From: an uncultured Candidatus Saccharibacteria bacterium
GTDB taxonomy: Bacteria; Patescibacteriota; Minisyncoccia; UBA6257; 2-01-FULL-56-20
Assembly: GCA_964361095.1 (NCBI GenBank)
Contig: CAYHZA010000007.1
Span: 3,010-67,009 of the forward strand
DNA length: 64,000 nt
Direction: 5' to 3'
The position numbers and the translations under genes were made by a program. Below are positions 1-9,484 of this stretch, piece after piece (position 1 is the first letter of the stretch; every line of letters starts with the position of its first letter). The notes under the pieces are model-generated. The model was given only the letters and a program-made list of their open reading frames with translations. It was not told the DNA's origin and searched no databases.

Positions 1-132
1 ATGTAGACGCCAATTGAACCGGGCGTTTTTTTGTTTTATACTGGTGCCAATGGAAAAATAAGATTGGGCGCTTAGCTCTCCGCCAATTGGCGGAGGTAGA
101 ACGTTCCGTTCATTCACCCCGTTAGATTTTAT

Positions 133-207
133 GGGCGGCTAGCTCAGTGGTAGAGCGCTCCGTTCACATCGGAGAGGTCACAGGTTCGATCCCTGTGTCG
201 CCCACCA
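133..207 (+). tRNA. tRNA-Val (anticodon CAC)
   Basis: Cloverleaf GGGCGGC acceptor, GCTCAGTGGTAGAGC D-arm, anticodon loop TTCACAT, GGTTCGATCC T-arm, CCA encoded. Confidence 0.8.
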
Positions 208-725
208 TGGATTTTCATAATACGGTAGATGAATATCTTGATCTTGTTGACGAAAACGATAACATCGTTGGAAAGAAGCGTCGTTCCGAAATTTATGCGG
301 AACATTTGACCAATTTTCGAGTAGTAAATGTTTTTATAATGAATTCTAAAGGCGAAATTTGGATACCTCGTCGGACTGCCAATAAAAGAATTTTTCCTTT
401 ATGCTTAGATATGAGTATGGGCGGTCATGTTGAGAGCGGTGAAACTTATGAAGATGCCTTGGGACGCGAGGCGCAAGAGGAGCTCAATATAGATATCAGC
501 CGCGTATCTCCCCGTTTTTTAGGGCACTTAACGCCACATAAAGATGGAGTTTCGGCGTATATGAAAGTATATGAGATAAAAATGGATGCGGCGCCTGATT
601 ATAATAAAAATGATTTTGCGGAATATTTTTGGTTTACTCCGAGGACTGTGCTTGAGCACATAGAACAAGGCGATCAGGCGAAAGAAGATTTACCGAAGTT
701 AATAAAAATTTTCTATGGCAATTAA
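207..725 (+). CDS. NUDIX family hydrolase
   Basis: ATG immediately after the tRNA; NUDIX box GGHVESGETYEDALGREAQEELNI (GX5EX7REUXEEXGU). Confidence 0.75.
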   Translation: MDFHNTVDEYLDLVDENDNIVGKKRRSEIYAEHLTNFRVVNVFIMNSKGEIWIPRRTANKRIFPLCLDMSMGGHVESGETYEDALGREAQEELNIDISRVSPRFLGHLTPHKDGVSAYMKVYEIKMDAAPDYNKNDFAEYFWFTPRTVLEHIEQGDQAKEDLPKLIKIFYGN

Positions 726-1077
726 CTTACTCAGCAAGAAATGCGTCCCCTGCGAAGGGGGAGTTCCTGCGCTAACCGAAGCGGAGGCGGTGAATTTCCT
801 CGAAGAGCTTTCGGATACATGGAAACTTGAAGGCAACAAGATCGCAGCGGATTTTAAATTCAAGGATTTCAAAGAAGCGATGCGATTCATAAACAACGTC
901 GCCGTCCTTGCCGAAAAAGAGGGGCATCATCCGGATATCACCGTGAATTACAGTAAGGTTCACCTTGTGTTGTGGACACACGCGATAGGCGGACTTTCGG
1001 ACAATGATTTTATTTTGGCGGCAAAAATTGATGAGGTATTTAAGAGTGGGGAATTCGAGCTTTACCCCCACACCTAA
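715..1077 (+). CDS. pterin-4a-carbinolamine dehydratase (PCD/DCoH)
   Basis: EGHHPD motif; about 120 aa, typical PCD length and pattern. Confidence 0.8.
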   Translation: MAINLLSKKCVPCEGGVPALTEAEAVNFLEELSDTWKLEGNKIAADFKFKDFKEAMRFINNVAVLAEKEGHHPDITVNYSKVHLVLWTHAIGGLSDNDFILAAKIDEVFKSGEFELYPHT

Positions 1078-1389
1078 TCGAGATTGCGGAGCGAGCATTT
1101 TGCGCTGTTTTTCTTTCGGGCGTCTATTTGCGTACTTATTTTTTGATGTGTGGGAATGGCTCCGAGAGAAATATTTATCTCGTTTAGGTGTGGGGGTGAA
1201 TAACTTGTTGATATCTCCGTACCTTATTCGTAAAAAATATAAGTAAATAAAGGATTTTTCTCTCGCCCCGCTATCGCGGGGTTTGTTTTTGACGAAACAT
1301 CAAAGTGGCTTAGTATTAATGAGAAGTGGGGAATTGTGGATAACTTTGGGGACAAAGTGCCACTTCTGTGCAGAACTTTTTTATTTACC

Positions 1390-1821
1390 ATGCTATTAGG
1401 CGAATATTCACACAATTTAGATATAAAAGGTCGAGTAGCGATTCCGGCGAAGTTCCGCGATAAAATCGGTGTCGGCGCTATTATCACACGCGGATTGGAT
1501 AACTGTTTATTTGTGTTTGCGAATAAAGAGTGGGAAGTGTTGGCGCAAAAACTCGTCGGGCTTCCGCTTGCGCAAGCGGATTCACGGGCATTTGCTCGGC
1601 TGATGCTCTCGGGCGCTATGGATGTTGATCTTGACGCGCAGGGAAGGATCTTGGTTCCCGACTATCTTAGAAAGTACGCTGATTTGAAAAAACAGGTAAT
1701 TGTTGCCGGCGTTTATAACAGAATCGAGATATGGGACGCGGAACGATGGGAACGATACAAGCAGAAGACGGAGAGCGCCGCGGATGAGATCGCGGAAAAA
1801 TTGGGGGAGCTCGGCATATAG
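1390..1821 (+). CDS. mraZ: transcriptional regulator MraZ
   Basis: MLLGEYSHNLDIKGRVAIPAKFRD N-terminus, duplicated MraZ domain, directly precedes rsmH. Confidence 0.85.
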   Translation: MLLGEYSHNLDIKGRVAIPAKFRDKIGVGAIITRGLDNCLFVFANKEWEVLAQKLVGLPLAQADSRAFARLMLSGAMDVDLDAQGRILVPDYLRKYADLKKQVIVAGVYNRIEIWDAERWERYKQKTESAADEIAEKLGELGI

Positions 1822-1890
1822 CGAATGGCATATCGCTTAAAGCTAATGATTATAAATTTCGCATACTACTTGCTATAAGCTATACGCCCT

Positions 1891-2790
1891 ATGTCGCATA
1901 CACCCGTTCTTTTACATGAGGTTATCGAATATCTGGATCCGAAGCCGGGGAAGTTCATAATCGACGGAACGATGGACGGCGGCGGCCATGCGCGGGCGAT
2001 CGTGGAGAAACTTGGGAGTAAAGGAACATTTCTCGGGATCGACTGGGATTTGCGGATGGTCGAAAACGCGGAGAAAAAAATCGGTAAAAAGAAGAATGTT
2101 TTTTTCGCGCAGGCGAATTATGCGGATATTCCGGAAGTCCTCAAGAAAAAAAATCTTCCCAAGGCAGACGGATTATTTCTCGATCTTGGATTTTCTTCGG
2201 AACAATTGGAAAATTCGGGGCGAGGATTCAGTTTCGAAAAAGATGAGCCGCTCGTGATGACCTACGACGACCGGCGCACTCCTTTGTTCGAACTTCTGCG
2301 CGGAATGAAGGAACAGGAACTTACGAAGATCCTTTACGACTTTGGTGGCGAACGATTCGCGAGGCGGATAGCAAGAGCTATCGTGGTGCGTGAGAGATCG
2401 AAACGGATCGAGACGACGCAAGAACTGGTAGAAGTGATCCGCGGAACGGTGCCGGGAAATTACGCGATGCGGAGATTGAATCCCGCGACGCGAACATTTC
2501 AAGCGTTGCGCATCTATGCGAACGACGAATTGGGTAATCTGGAAAAAGCCCTTCAGACGTTACCGGAGATGCTCAAAAAAGACGGGAGAGCCGTGATCAT
2601 CAGCTTCCATTCGCTCGAAGACCGTTTAGTAAAAAATTACTTCAGAACATTTTCAAAAGAAGGTACGGTAAAGCTTCTTACCAAGAAACCCGTTGTCGCT
2701 TCTCGGAACGAACAAGAAACAAATCCGCGAAGCCGCTCGGCAAAGCTAAGGGCTTGCTCTATGATTTCAAGTTTTGCGCAGAAATTATAG
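1891..2790 (+). CDS. rsmH: 16S rRNA (cytosine1402-N4)-methyltransferase RsmH/MraW
   Basis: HTPVLLHEVIEYLDPKPGKFIIDGTMDGGGHA; conserved mraZ-rsmH-ftsL-ftsI order. Confidence 0.9.
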   Translation: MSHTPVLLHEVIEYLDPKPGKFIIDGTMDGGGHARAIVEKLGSKGTFLGIDWDLRMVENAEKKIGKKKNVFFAQANYADIPEVLKKKNLPKADGLFLDLGFSSEQLENSGRGFSFEKDEPLVMTYDDRRTPLFELLRGMKEQELTKILYDFGGERFARRIARAIVVRERSKRIETTQELVEVIRGTVPGNYAMRRLNPATRTFQALRIYANDELGNLEKALQTLPEMLKKDGRAVIISFHSLEDRLVKNYFRTFSKEGTVKLLTKKPVVASRNEQETNPRSRSAKLRACSMISSFAQKL

Positions 2791-2961
2791 TGAGCAAACC
2801 TTACCGAGCACATAATCTTATAAATTACCAAGCCATGTTTAATAATAAAAATAGAATTCAACTTGATACTTTTTCGTGCGGAGTATTATGTGCTCGGTGC
2901 TCATTATTGTGGCTAAATTTTCTTCGCCACAAGTGGGCTCGAAAATTGAGACAATAATGGC

Positions 2962-3276
2962 ATGACGATGCTACAACCCAACAAAGAAAAACGTTTTATC
3001 GGAATATATATCGCGCTATTTCTCACGCCGCTTTTGAGCGGCGCGTTGTGGCTCGTGTTTCTTTATAATCAAACGGTGAATCTCCAGCACGCGCTCGAGA
3101 AGACACAGGCCGATTTCCTTGCTCTTCAGACGGGAAACGCGGAGCTCCGAGACGAGTTTTTCACACTTTTTGACGGGAAAAACCTAGAGATTTTTGCGAA
3201 AGAGCGGGAATTACGGGAAGAAAAGAACCCTCGTTATTTGGAAATTAAAGGACCATGGGCACTCGTTTCACGGTAA
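2962..3276 (+). CDS. ftsL: FtsL-like cell division protein (single TM, coiled coil)
   Basis: Small bitopic protein between rsmH and ftsI; N-terminal TM helix then heptad-like region. Confidence 0.5.
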   Translation: MTMLQPNKEKRFIGIYIALFLTPLLSGALWLVFLYNQTVNLQHALEKTQADFLALQTGNAELRDEFFTLFDGKNLEIFAKERELREEKNPRYLEIKGPWALVSR

Positions 3277-4916
3277 TTCTCGGGTTTATTCTTGTTGCGT
3301 ATTCTTTTTTGCTTTTTCATCTTTACGAAGTTCAGTTTTCCCAAGGAGAATATTATCAAGCAAAAGCGGCTTCCCAGGAGTTTGCTTCAAGTTTATTAAG
3401 GGTGAAGCGCGGCGTTATTTATTTTACAAATAAGAACAACGAGCGTATCCCGGTCGGTATTTCAAAGGATTTTCCGGTCATTTATGCCGTGCCGAAGGAT
3501 GTGAAAGATGTAAAGGCGGTCGCGCTTCTTCTCGCTTCTAAGTTGGATATTCCCGTCGAAGAAATAGAGAAAAAACTCTCTAAAGAAAAAGATCCCTATG
3601 AACTGATCGGAGACAGGATTTCTTCCGAGGTTGCACGATCCATTGATAATCTCAAAATGAAGGGAATTTATGTGACGACGGAACCGAGGCGTTTTTATCC
3701 CTTTGGGACTCGGGCGGCGCATCTTTTGGGGTACGTGGGACCGGCGCCCCAAGGGACGGGTACGGAAGGTCACTATGGTATCGAAGGATTATATAACGAC
3801 TATCTCGCAGGAATTTCCGGAGCTTTGGAAAATAAGAAAATCACCCAACCCGTTCCGGGGAAAGATCTGACGCTTACGCTCGATTCCAATATCCAAAATG
3901 AAGCGGAGAGAATTTTGGAAAACCTGGTGGCTAAACACAAAGCAGAGGGCGGAGATATTATCGTCGAAGATCCCCAGACCGGAAAGATTCTCGCGATGGC
4001 GAGCCGTCCGGGTTTTGATCCGAACAACTACCGTGAAGCAAAGATCGGAAACTTTTTAAATCCCACCATTCAGGAGATATACGAACCCGGTTCTATTTTT
4101 AAAGTGATCACGATGGCCGCCGGAATCGATTCGGGGAAGATCGCGCCGGATACGACGTACGTTGATACCGGAACGCTTACGTTAAACGGGCGTACAATAG
4201 AAAATTACGATTTAAAAACAAAGGGGCCCTACGGCAAGGTAACGATGGCGAATGTTATTGAGCATTCCATAAACACGGGCGCCGTGTTTGCGCAGAGGAC
4301 GATCGGGCGTGATATTTTTAAACAATATGTCGAGCGCTTCGGATTCGGCGAAAAAACGGGCATTGATCTTTTAGGAGAGTTAAAGGGTAATATCCGCCGT
4401 TTGAGTTCGAAGGAAAAAGATATCGCTTTCGCGACGGCGTCATACGGCCAAGGCGTGGCGACGACTCCACTTGAAGTTATCAACGCCATCGCGGCTCTCG
4501 CGAACGGAGGAAAACTGATGCGCCCGTATGTGAACGCGGAACTCGCGCCGCAAGTTATAAGAACCGTGGTTACAAAAACAACCGCAGGCAAAGTTACTGA
4601 TATGATGATCTCCGCGGTTGATAAGGCGGAAATTGCAAAAATTAAAAGCTATACGATCGCGGGAAAAACCGGAACGGCCTATATCCCTGATTTCAAAAAA
4701 GGAGGATACACCGATGACGTTATCAATACCTACGTCGGATTCGGTCCTACAAAGAATTCACGGTTTGTCATTTTGGTAAAACTCGATAAACCCGAGGGTG
4801 CCCCCGTCGCCTCCTTAACCGTGGTGCCGGCGTTTCGGGACCTCGCGCAATTCATTTTAAACTACTATAATATTCCTCCCGATCGCCTTGACGCGGAACA
4901 GGGCGAGCCGCTATAG
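3255..4916 (+). CDS. ftsI: penicillin-binding protein 2/3 transpeptidase (FtsI family)
   Basis: N-terminal TM; SIFK (SXXK), HSINTG (SXN), KTGT (KTG) motifs; dcw cluster position. Confidence 0.85.
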   Translation: MGTRFTVILGFILVAYSFLLFHLYEVQFSQGEYYQAKAASQEFASSLLRVKRGVIYFTNKNNERIPVGISKDFPVIYAVPKDVKDVKAVALLLASKLDIPVEEIEKKLSKEKDPYELIGDRISSEVARSIDNLKMKGIYVTTEPRRFYPFGTRAAHLLGYVGPAPQGTGTEGHYGIEGLYNDYLAGISGALENKKITQPVPGKDLTLTLDSNIQNEAERILENLVAKHKAEGGDIIVEDPQTGKILAMASRPGFDPNNYREAKIGNFLNPTIQEIYEPGSIFKVITMAAGIDSGKIAPDTTYVDTGTLTLNGRTIENYDLKTKGPYGKVTMANVIEHSINTGAVFAQRTIGRDIFKQYVERFGFGEKTGIDLLGELKGNIRRLSSKEKDIAFATASYGQGVATTPLEVINAIAALANGGKLMRPYVNAELAPQVIRTVVTKTTAGKVTDMMISAVDKAEIAKIKSYTIAGKTGTAYIPDFKKGGYTDDVINTYVGFGPTKNSRFVILVKLDKPEGAPVASLTVVPAFRDLAQFILNYYNIPPDRLDAEQGEPL

Positions 4917-4917
4917 A

Positions 4918-6150
4918 ATGAAAGATTTTTTTATCACCATCCTCGCGTGGAAGATTAAAAAGCTCGCCCAGCTTACGATTTGGCGTTATCGGCCGGGCAT
5001 CGTCGGCGTGACGGGGAGTGTCGGCAAAACTTCGACGAAGATGGCGATTGCCGCCGTGCTCGGAGCCGAGCGGAGAGTGCGCTTTTCGAAGGGAAATTTT
5101 AACAACGAGCTCGGGCTTCCGCTTACGATTCTCGGGGATTGGGACGATATTAAGGGAGTCTTTTTTTGGCCGAAGGTTATCTGCGTCGCTATCACGAACC
5201 TTATCGTAAAAAGGGAGTATCCGGAGATTCTTATTTTGGAATACGCCATACAGCGTCCGGGGGATATGAAGTATCTTTTGGGTATCGCCCGACCGAACAT
5301 TAGCGTGATTACCGCGATCGGGGAGATTCCCGCTCATGTTGAATTTTTCGGAAGTCCGGAGGAGGTGGCGCGGGAGAAGGGGAGATTAATCGAGTATTTG
5401 CCGAGCACGGGATTTGCGGTCTTGAACCGAGATGACGCAACCGTAACGGCGATCCAGAGCAAAACACGCGCGCATCTTATGACGTTTGGATTTTCACGCG
5501 AGGCGGAGGTTCGCATCACGAATTTCGAAAATCGTTCCCATGACGACTGTCCGCTTGGCATTGGATTTAAACTCCAATACGCCGGCAGTTTTGTGCCGGT
5601 AACATTGAACGGTGTTTTCGGAAAAGCGCAGGCGTATTCCGCGGCCGCCGCGGCCGCGGTTGGATTAATTTTCGGATTGAATCTCGTGAAGATCTCCGAA
5701 GCCCTGAAGAGTTATCGCGTGACGGGTGGAAGGATGGAGCTGGTCCCGGGCGTTAAATACACCTACATTATAAACGACAGTTACAACGCCAGCCCGCTTT
5801 CTATGCACGCGGCGTTGGATACGTTAAAGAGTCTGCCGGCAAAGCGTCGCATCGCGGTTTTGGGCGATATGTTGGAGATAGGTGCTTATAGTTTGGAGGC
5901 GCATCAGTTCATCGGCGAGGTTGCCGCGGATATCGTTGATATATTGGTAACGGTTGGTTCTCGGGCGAAATTTATCGCCGAGGGCGCGAAGGAAAAAGGC
6001 ATGGCGAAGAAAAATATCCTTACGTTTGATCTTGCCGAGGAGGCGCAGAGGCCGCTTCAGGCGCTTATCAAGAAAGGGGATATTATTTTGATCAAAGGCT
6101 CCCGCGCGATGGAACTCGAGAAGGTGGTGGAGGAGATACGGGCGTTTTAG
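4918..6150 (+). CDS. murF: UDP-N-acetylmuramoyl-tripeptide--D-alanyl-D-alanine ligase MurF
   Basis: Mur ligase P-loop GVTGSVGKTSTK; follows ftsI; start taken at MKDFF (ATG 4918). Confidence 0.8.
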   Translation: MKDFFITILAWKIKKLAQLTIWRYRPGIVGVTGSVGKTSTKMAIAAVLGAERRVRFSKGNFNNELGLPLTILGDWDDIKGVFFWPKVICVAITNLIVKREYPEILILEYAIQRPGDMKYLLGIARPNISVITAIGEIPAHVEFFGSPEEVAREKGRLIEYLPSTGFAVLNRDDATVTAIQSKTRAHLMTFGFSREAEVRITNFENRSHDDCPLGIGFKLQYAGSFVPVTLNGVFGKAQAYSAAAAAAVGLIFGLNLVKISEALKSYRVTGGRMELVPGVKYTYIINDSYNASPLSMHAALDTLKSLPAKRRIAVLGDMLEIGAYSLEAHQFIGEVAADIVDILVTVGSRAKFIAEGAKEKGMAKKNILTFDLAEEAQRPLQALIKKGDIILIKGSRAMELEKVVEEIRAF

Positions 6151-6373
6151 GATAGGGGATAGTAATTAGGTAGTAATAGATTTCGGGTTCGGGGTGCTCG
6201 AGTAAGGAGTTTTCTTTGCAAAGAAGACTCTCTTGTTATATAAAGAAAGTAGCAACATATCTCTCGCGTGAGAGATATTGAAATCATAGCTGATGCCGAA
6301 TGGCTAAGCGATTGAGCGAAATGCTATTTTTTCCATTGCCGATGCGCGGAGCGCTAGGCGATTGGAGGATGTG

Positions 6374-6988
6374 ATGGCAAGTAAGGAAAAGCTCACTGTC
6401 GAGAAGTTCGAGGAGATCACGCGGCGGCAGATTTTGGTGCGTGCCGCATTCTGGGAGCGTCTTCCTGGGGAATCGGGGAAAGTGAGTCGGATTTCCTTTC
6501 CCAATGGTCAGCTTCACGCCCAGATGCGAATGTTCTCCTTTCATCGTGACGAAGACGGCAACGAATCTTTGCTCGATGTGGCGTATTTCTACGAAGAGCC
6601 AAACAGGAGTTACGACGTTGCGGACGGAGTTTCGGTGACCGATATGTGGGAATGCAACGAGGTCATCGGCCGCGAGCGCATCCGGTTGCTTCTTCAAACA
6701 TGGGAAGGCATCGAACCGTGGCGAGTTTCTCCGAAGCCGGTGGTTGCCATCCGTGGGTGGGGAGGGAAATCGTACGAAGAAATCTCTCCCAGCGAGCCGC
6801 ACTTGCTTCAACAGTACGCGCGGCTCCACACTCGCATTGCCGCGATCCTCGCGCGGACGATAAAGGAGCCACACAACCACCAGTACTTCCTCTGCAACGT
6901 GTACTATCGGCTCGGCGCCTTTATCGAAGAGCAGAATCGGTTCCTCGAGCAAGCGCTTGGCCTTGCGGTGCGTACACCTCGCGCCTAA
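6374..6988 (+). CDS. hypothetical protein on a GC-rich, SD-led island
   Basis: GGAGG 7 nt upstream of ATG; GC and GC3 clearly above neighbours; followed by an intrinsic terminator; no recognisable domain. Confidence 0.5.
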   Translation: MASKEKLTVEKFEEITRRQILVRAAFWERLPGESGKVSRISFPNGQLHAQMRMFSFHRDEDGNESLLDVAYFYEEPNRSYDVADGVSVTDMWECNEVIGRERIRLLLQTWEGIEPWRVSPKPVVAIRGWGGKSYEEISPSEPHLLQQYARLHTRIAAILARTIKEPHNHQYFLCNVYYRLGAFIEEQNRFLEQALGLAVRTPRA

Positions 6989-6997
6989 AAACATCTG

Positions 6998-7035
6998 CGG
7001 CTCGTCCCTCGTTTGGGGCGAGCCATTTTTTTGTC
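6998..7035 (+). terminator. intrinsic terminator
   Basis: GC hairpin ggctcgtccc...gggcgagcc followed by a T-run. Confidence 0.6.
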
Positions 7036-7233
7036 TATTCACAATATTCCCAAAAGAAGGTACTCTTTTTCTTGCAGGCCCCATCGTCCCCGCCTGACGG
7101 CCGGCAGGTAGTGGCCTAGCCCCGACTTTCTATTAGGTATATAGAAATGTTGAAAGTCGGGATCGTGCCAACTGTAACCGCTCGCCTTTGGCTCGCGGAC
7201 AGTTGCGGGGAGACACCGCCTTTTTCGTTTAAT

Positions 7234-7306
7234 GCCGCCATCGTCTAGTGGTTAGGACACTAGGTTCTCAGCCTGGTAACCGGGGTTCGACTCCCCGTGG
7301 CGGTAC
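7234..7306 (+). tRNA. tRNA-Glu (anticodon CTC)
   Basis: GCCGCCA acceptor, TCGTCTAGTGGTTAGGACA D-arm typical of tRNA-Glu, anticodon loop TTCTCAG, GGGGTTCGACTCCCC T-arm. Confidence 0.75.
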
Positions 7307-7330
7307 AAGAAAGACTCACATCATACATCA

Positions 7331-7924
7331 ATGCCTCTGGATAATTTAAGTTGGTGGTTGAATATAATACTTAATTTGTTGGGATATTTTGTTTTTCGGT
7401 TTGGGATGATAAGTAGAGGGCGTGCAAGAATTTTAGTAGAATTTGTTGGCGGAGTTGTGCTTGCCACTTCCTTTATATTGATGTTTGCTTTCTTTGGAGT
7501 TGTGAATGTATTGATACTGATACCTATATTTTGGTTCGTAGCAACTCCTATAGTAGAAGTTATAATAGGGAAAATCTATAAAGCCCTTTATAGGAAATCG
7601 GATGAACGAATGTCACGTAAGTTCAATGTCTCGGCTGATAAAATTAGAAAGGAGGTTTACGAATATATGGATATGAATGAGGATGTGTTTATTAAAAAAA
7701 TTGTCGATGATATGAAGATCGGCCAGGGAATCAATAAAGAAAAATTAAGAGGATTCATGAGAAAAACTAAAGAGGATGAGGAGGTTAAGGGGATGGATAA
7801 TACTACAAAAGAACATTTACAACAGCTTTTTGTAACTGCCCTCCATGAAGCAGCTGATGAGCTTCGTGAGGAAGATCTTGAAAAACTTTGGGAACGCTCG
7901 AAAAAAAACATTGAGGAAAAATAG
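7331..7924 (+). CDS. hypothetical membrane protein (2-3 TM, charged C-terminal tail)
   Basis: Long ORF in the AT-rich stretch between two tRNAs; hydrophobic N-terminus, K/E-rich tail. Confidence 0.45.
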   Translation: MPLDNLSWWLNIILNLLGYFVFRFGMISRGRARILVEFVGGVVLATSFILMFAFFGVVNVLILIPIFWFVATPIVEVIIGKIYKALYRKSDERMSRKFNVSADKIRKEVYEYMDMNEDVFIKKIVDDMKIGQGINKEKLRGFMRKTKEDEEVKGMDNTTKEHLQQLFVTALHEAADELREEDLEKLWERSKKNIEEK

Positions 7925-7972
7925 CAAGTAGTAGGGTTGGATAAAAAATAATACAGTTATCTTGTCTAATCT

Positions 7973-8254
7973 ATGAAAAGAATTAACCCGAAACGTATTA
8001 TCATTGGAACTCTCGTTGGGGGCGGCTTATTCTTCGTTTCTGTATTCGGATTATGGAACTGGCTAATAAACCCCGATTTTCCATATTTATGGACTTCGGA
8101 CGAGATACGATGCACCCAAGAGACATCCAAACAGTCATTCGCAAACCATGAGCAACTCCAGCTTTTCTTTGAGAACTGCTTATTGCAAAAGAACGGAGAA
8201 GCGGGTGAAGAAATTTATATACCCCCTGACGTAGTGGTAGAAGAAACAGGATAG
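7973..8254 (+). CDS. hypothetical small protein with N-terminal TM
   Basis: ORF with a hydrophobic N-terminus. Confidence 0.35.
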   Translation: MKRINPKRIIIGTLVGGGLFFVSVFGLWNWLINPDFPYLWTSDEIRCTQETSKQSFANHEQLQLFFENCLLQKNGEAGEEIYIPPDVVVEETG

Positions 8255-8356
8255 GATTGATTTTTATATCTTTTTCTGATATTTTTCATATATGCTTTTT
8301 ATTGCCCCTAGGACGAGACAAAGAAGATAACCCGCATCGAGCGGGTATTTTCCCTT

Positions 8357-8430
8357 GCCCTCGTAGCTCAACTGGATGGAGCAAGACGCTTCTATCGTCA
8401 AGGTTGGAGGTTCAAATCCTCCCGAGGGCG
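8357..8430 (+). tRNA. tRNA-Arg (anticodon TCT)
   Basis: GCCCTCG acceptor pairing with CGAGGGC, GCTCAACTGGATGGAGC D-arm, anticodon loop CTTCTAT, GGAGGTTCAAATCCTCC T-arm. Confidence 0.75.
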
Positions 8431-8494
8431 CAATCCCGCATAATCGCAAGGCGATATGTGCTGGGCAATTCCCCTTGGGGCTACGGTTTACACA

Positions 8495-8520
8495 AAAATC
8501 GCCAATTGGCGATTTTTGTT
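8495..8520 (+). terminator. intrinsic terminator built on the palindrome AAAATCGCCAATTGGCGATTTT
   Basis: Perfect 22-bp palindrome followed by TTTTGTTTT, downstream of tRNA-Arg. Confidence 0.6.
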
Positions 8521-8564
8521 TTGTAATACCGCAGTCCCGATGGAGCTTGCGACGAGGGGCTACG

Positions 8565-8607
8565 AAATAAAACAATACCTTTATTTGAGGGTATTGTTTT
8601 ATTTCTG
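8565..8607. repeat. perfect 17-bp inverted repeat (gaaataaaacaataccc / gggtattgttttatttc), 9-nt spacer
   Basis: Exact reverse-complement arms visible in sequence. Confidence 0.7.
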
Positions 8608-8804
8608 TAATTCTAAAGCGGGGAATTGAACAAGCGGAGGGGGTCGGGGAACCACGATTGGTTTCCCGTGTAGGAGATTATTCAGAACCGAGGGTTCTGA
8701 AAGAGTCCTGAGCGAAGTCAAAGGACGACGTGAGCTTCCCCGTCTAAGTACTTGAAAAATATAGCTTAATTCGTATAGTAACATATGTTACTATACAACC
8801 AAAG

Positions 8805-9047
8805 GTGATGGAGGGATTTTTTTGGATTATTTCAGGTTCAATTCTCAGTGCAATTTTTATGCCTCAAGGCGGCTATTTCCCTTGGCGTACCAAACACCGC
8901 TTTATAGTAGTAATAGTTTTTGTTCTATTTATTATAGGATACTATAAACTTGCCCAGATTGGTTTTTGGGTGTTTATTGTGGGGATTATTTTATTTATTC
9001 CTATACTAGTATTGACCGCTCTTGTTGTCGGATTTTTGCGAGAGTGA
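8805..9047 (+). CDS. small integral membrane protein (2 TM)
   Basis: 80-aa ORF, almost entirely hydrophobic helices. Confidence 0.4.
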   Translation: MMEGFFWIISGSILSAIFMPQGGYFPWRTKHRFIVVIVFVLFIIGYYKLAQIGFWVFIVGIILFIPILVLTALVVGFLRE

Positions 9048-9050
9048 TAA

Positions 9051-9383
9051 TTGGTTTCCAAAGACATGGATAGAATCAAAAGAATTGCTAAGCTTTTTGG
9101 GATAACCGAGGAGGCCGTAAGGCGCGGTATGGGATTGTTGGGAGAAATACGGTACGATCCTATACGACCTCAAAAAAGCGAGACGGAAAAATCTGCAATG
9201 TGTAGAATTTCGAGGCCGTTTGGTCTTTACGATGGTCTTACTAAGGAGGACAAAGAAAAAGTTCTTGACTACATGATTACCGAAACGCTTTCGGATGGCA
9301 CAAGGATTCAATCCTACAGAAGCGCAGTGAAGCGTCTCAAATTTGCCAAGTGGTTTGATAATCAAATGAAAAGCCACGATTAG
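9051..9383 (+). CDS. hypothetical protein
   Basis: 110-aa ORF adjacent to the preceding ORF; no motif recognised. Confidence 0.4.
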   Translation: MVSKDMDRIKRIAKLFGITEEAVRRGMGLLGEIRYDPIRPQKSETEKSAMCRISRPFGLYDGLTKEDKEKVLDYMITETLSDGTRIQSYRSAVKRLKFAKWFDNQMKSHD

Positions 9384-9423
9384 TTGCTTAGCTTGTAGAG
9401 ATGGGAAACATTGTTGGGTATCG

Positions 9424-9447
9424 AATACTAGTATTAATACTAGTATT
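9424..9447. promoter_or_regulatory. two tandem copies of the self-complementary 12-mer AATACTAGTATT, then a T-run, upstream of the tpiA promoter
   Basis: AATACTAGTATTAATACTAGTATT followed by TTTTTT; extended -10 TGcTACAAT at 9469-9477. Confidence 0.5.
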
Positions 9448-9484
9448 TTTTTTGTCTCGCATTCGTCGTGCTACAATAGATGAT

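Noticed and set aside
60-130. Second tRNA upstream of tRNA-Val
   Set aside because: The sequence has a tRNA-like composition, but no acceptable cloverleaf (acceptor or T-arm) could be built. It is better explained by the 18-bp palindrome plus a motif half-site.
6284-7084. 266-aa minus-strand ORF overlapping the GC-rich gene 6374-6988 (and the similar minus-strand ORFs 62428-63441, 38883-39581 and 39034-39447)
   Set aside because: Arg/Pro/Gly-rich, low-complexity translations typical of antisense shadows in GC-rich DNA. The plus-strand ORFs have canonical GGAGG SDs, sensible composition and terminators.
8257-8575. ORFs 8257-8526(+) and 8264-8575(-)
   Set aside because: They run through tRNA-Arg and terminator palindromes. 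There is no coding signal.
8610-8760. tmRNA, SRP RNA or a tRNA in the structured stretch after the 17-bp inverted repeat
   Set aside because: No cloverleaf, no tmRNA tag-peptide frame ending in a hydrophobic -AA, and no SRP domain-IV motif could be matched by eye. It is kept only as an unassigned structured region in the findings.
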